A stretch of DNA of 61,705 bases, counting the filler, from Sphacelaria rigidula (Eukaryota), in assembly GCA_964200075.2 (NCBI GenBank). It is 8 parts of 8 records of this genome, joined end to end, with 100 filler letters (N's around TTAATTAATTAA, not from the genome) between each part and the next. Parts side by side here need not be neighbours in the genome. Positions count along the whole stretch, not along the records: positions 54,082 to 61,705 come from CAXNAA020014046.1; 7 more parts are not named here. One strand, given 5' to 3'. The notes beneath the pieces are model-generated. The model was not told the origin of the DNA. It did not search any database and worked only from the letters and a program-made list of their open reading frames with translations. Position 1 is the stretch's first letter. Each line of letters starts with the position of its first letter. The position numbers were made by a program, and so were the translations under genes. Positions 60,071 to 61,705 of the stretch are shown piece by piece.

Positions 60071-61327
60071 AAAGTCGTCCATAAGGCCGGATGTTATGGC
60101 ACTCAGACTTTTGGCCAACGGATTGTTCACTTTTATGGCGTTTGAGCCACTTTTTTTACCCCCAAACAGGGAACATCGCCAACACACGTCTTGGACAGCT
60201 TGCATCACCCGGTGACAAAAGCTTGCACACGGAAGTTTTGTTCTTGTATTTTACGAGTTCCGAAAAGGTTAATGAGGAAGGTGTTGTGTCCGTTGCAGAC
60301 CTGTGGGCACCGTACGTCCTCCTGCAGATCATTCGTGGTCCATCTATGAGCTTTTCCCCGGGAGGGCTTCGGGGGTGTTTATGAATCTCCACTTTCCTGG
60401 TCCTCCACAATCTTCGAGCCTTTTCATCGGAGGGCTGCTGACCACCCCTGTACTGTACGATCGGAAGGATTTGTCATACCGGAGACACACGTTACGATGG
60501 AGCGATGGAGACACTTTCGTGTCGTTATGTTCTCAACCATTGTTGTCACCCCCCCTCGATCTTCGCGAGTGCGTTTTTTTGGGGGGGGGTTGGTGAAGGC
60601 TAGGCTGCATTTAAGGCCTCAGCTTCAAGATCTCATGGTGGTCGGTTCTATTAACAACACCATTGCGGCAAGGGTACTATATATGCAGGTAAATGTTCTC
60701 TCGTGTGGGTCTTGGATTGGTGGAGGTCGAATTGAAAGCCTCGGCCTTTTGATTTCGTGTGGCTCGGTTATAAAAATAATGCCGACCTCGCGGAAAGGGT
60801 GCCATATGCGGGGAAACGTTCACACGTGCAGGCGCTGTATTCTCTGTTGTATCCGTCATTCAGAATCAGTGTGTACTGCTAGCCGAAATGCATGAAAAAG
60901 TAGTTAAGGCAACGTACCGCGGGTCACGCGAGGTGGTACTTGTCCGAAAATGTTCGCCTAAAGGGTACGGAAATAATTATGCCATACCCCTCGCCCGATC
61001 AAGGCAAAGTTTTGCCGTTCTTCATGCGTTCACCGGTACAAAATACAGAACCTCGCTCACATGTATTGATTGCCCATGAGGTACTTTCTTTTCCTCATTT
61101 TGTCAAACTTTTAGCCCCTCCCCTCCCACGGGACGAGTCCGTGACTCCGAGGAGCTGTCAAACTTCCAACCCTGTATTTCACGCATTTGCGATCATGTGG
61201 CCTTTTGCTTTTATGTTGGAACAAATTCGCATTTTCGACAAAAAACCCGGCCAACTGATGAAAAAAAACTGGAGGAAAACTGCCAGTGTTTTTCATCCCC
61301 TGACTTTTTTTAATTGGTTATGCGAGT

Positions 61328-61515
61328 TTGGCCAAAAAGAAAACTGCGGGCAGCGGGAAACGCAAAGTTGCCGTGGAACGGTCTCAACGAGCAGAGCAAG
61401 TCATTCGAAGGTGTCAACATCCTCCTAGCCCTCTTTCCGGGCGTAAAACGACGGAGAAGGGCCCAAAAGCCAGTTTCCAAGAGGATTTCTGGATGGCTCC
61501 CATTAGAGTTGCCTT
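61328..61515. mobile_element. Right arm of the Harbinger-like MITE family of 21722-22194
   Basis: GCGGGAAACGCAAAGTTGCC.TGGAACGG.CTCAACGAG.AGAGCAAGTCATTC...CCATTAGAGTTG. Confidence 0.8.
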
Positions 61516-61705
61516 TACACTTGATCATGACATACCCGTCCCCCCGTCCCCCTCCGCCTCGAAAGGGATGCGTGGTCAATGGTCGGACGGCTAAGGCAAG
61601 CAACACATGAGAACGCCCCCCCCCCCCCCCCCCCCCCCGCCCGGGCTCGACATTGTTATCTCGATTTCATTGTGAGAGGGTGGTGGAGAGGAGGCGGGAG
61701 GGGGG

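Overview
This is eukaryotic nuclear DNA, probably from a stramenopile and plausibly a brown alga (inferred from GT-AG introns of 0.1-1.5 kb, the RPB3 architecture and the TE landscape). The window is not one locus. It is eight contigs of near-identical, descending length (7627, 7627, 7626, 7626, 7625, 7625, 7625, 7624 bp) joined by an artificial 100-bp N44-TTAATTAATTAA-N44 linker, so adjacency across linkers means nothing. Three partial host genes are recognisable: the 3' end of casein kinase II beta (with an apparent ~510-aa low-complexity C-terminal extension), four exons of a 3-hydroxyacyl-CoA dehydrogenase, and three internal exons of RNA polymerase II subunit RPB3. Most of the rest is transposon debris. 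It includes two decayed Ty3/Gypsy pol regions (one with a chromodomain plus an extra C-terminal module), a very long gag-like region, a BED-finger fragment, LINE-like 3' ends with different microsatellite tails, piggyBac-, Harbinger-, P- and mariner-like MITEs, and an inverted pair of tRNA-headed elements. I found no convincing novel multi-gene system. The best leads are domain- or element-level oddities.
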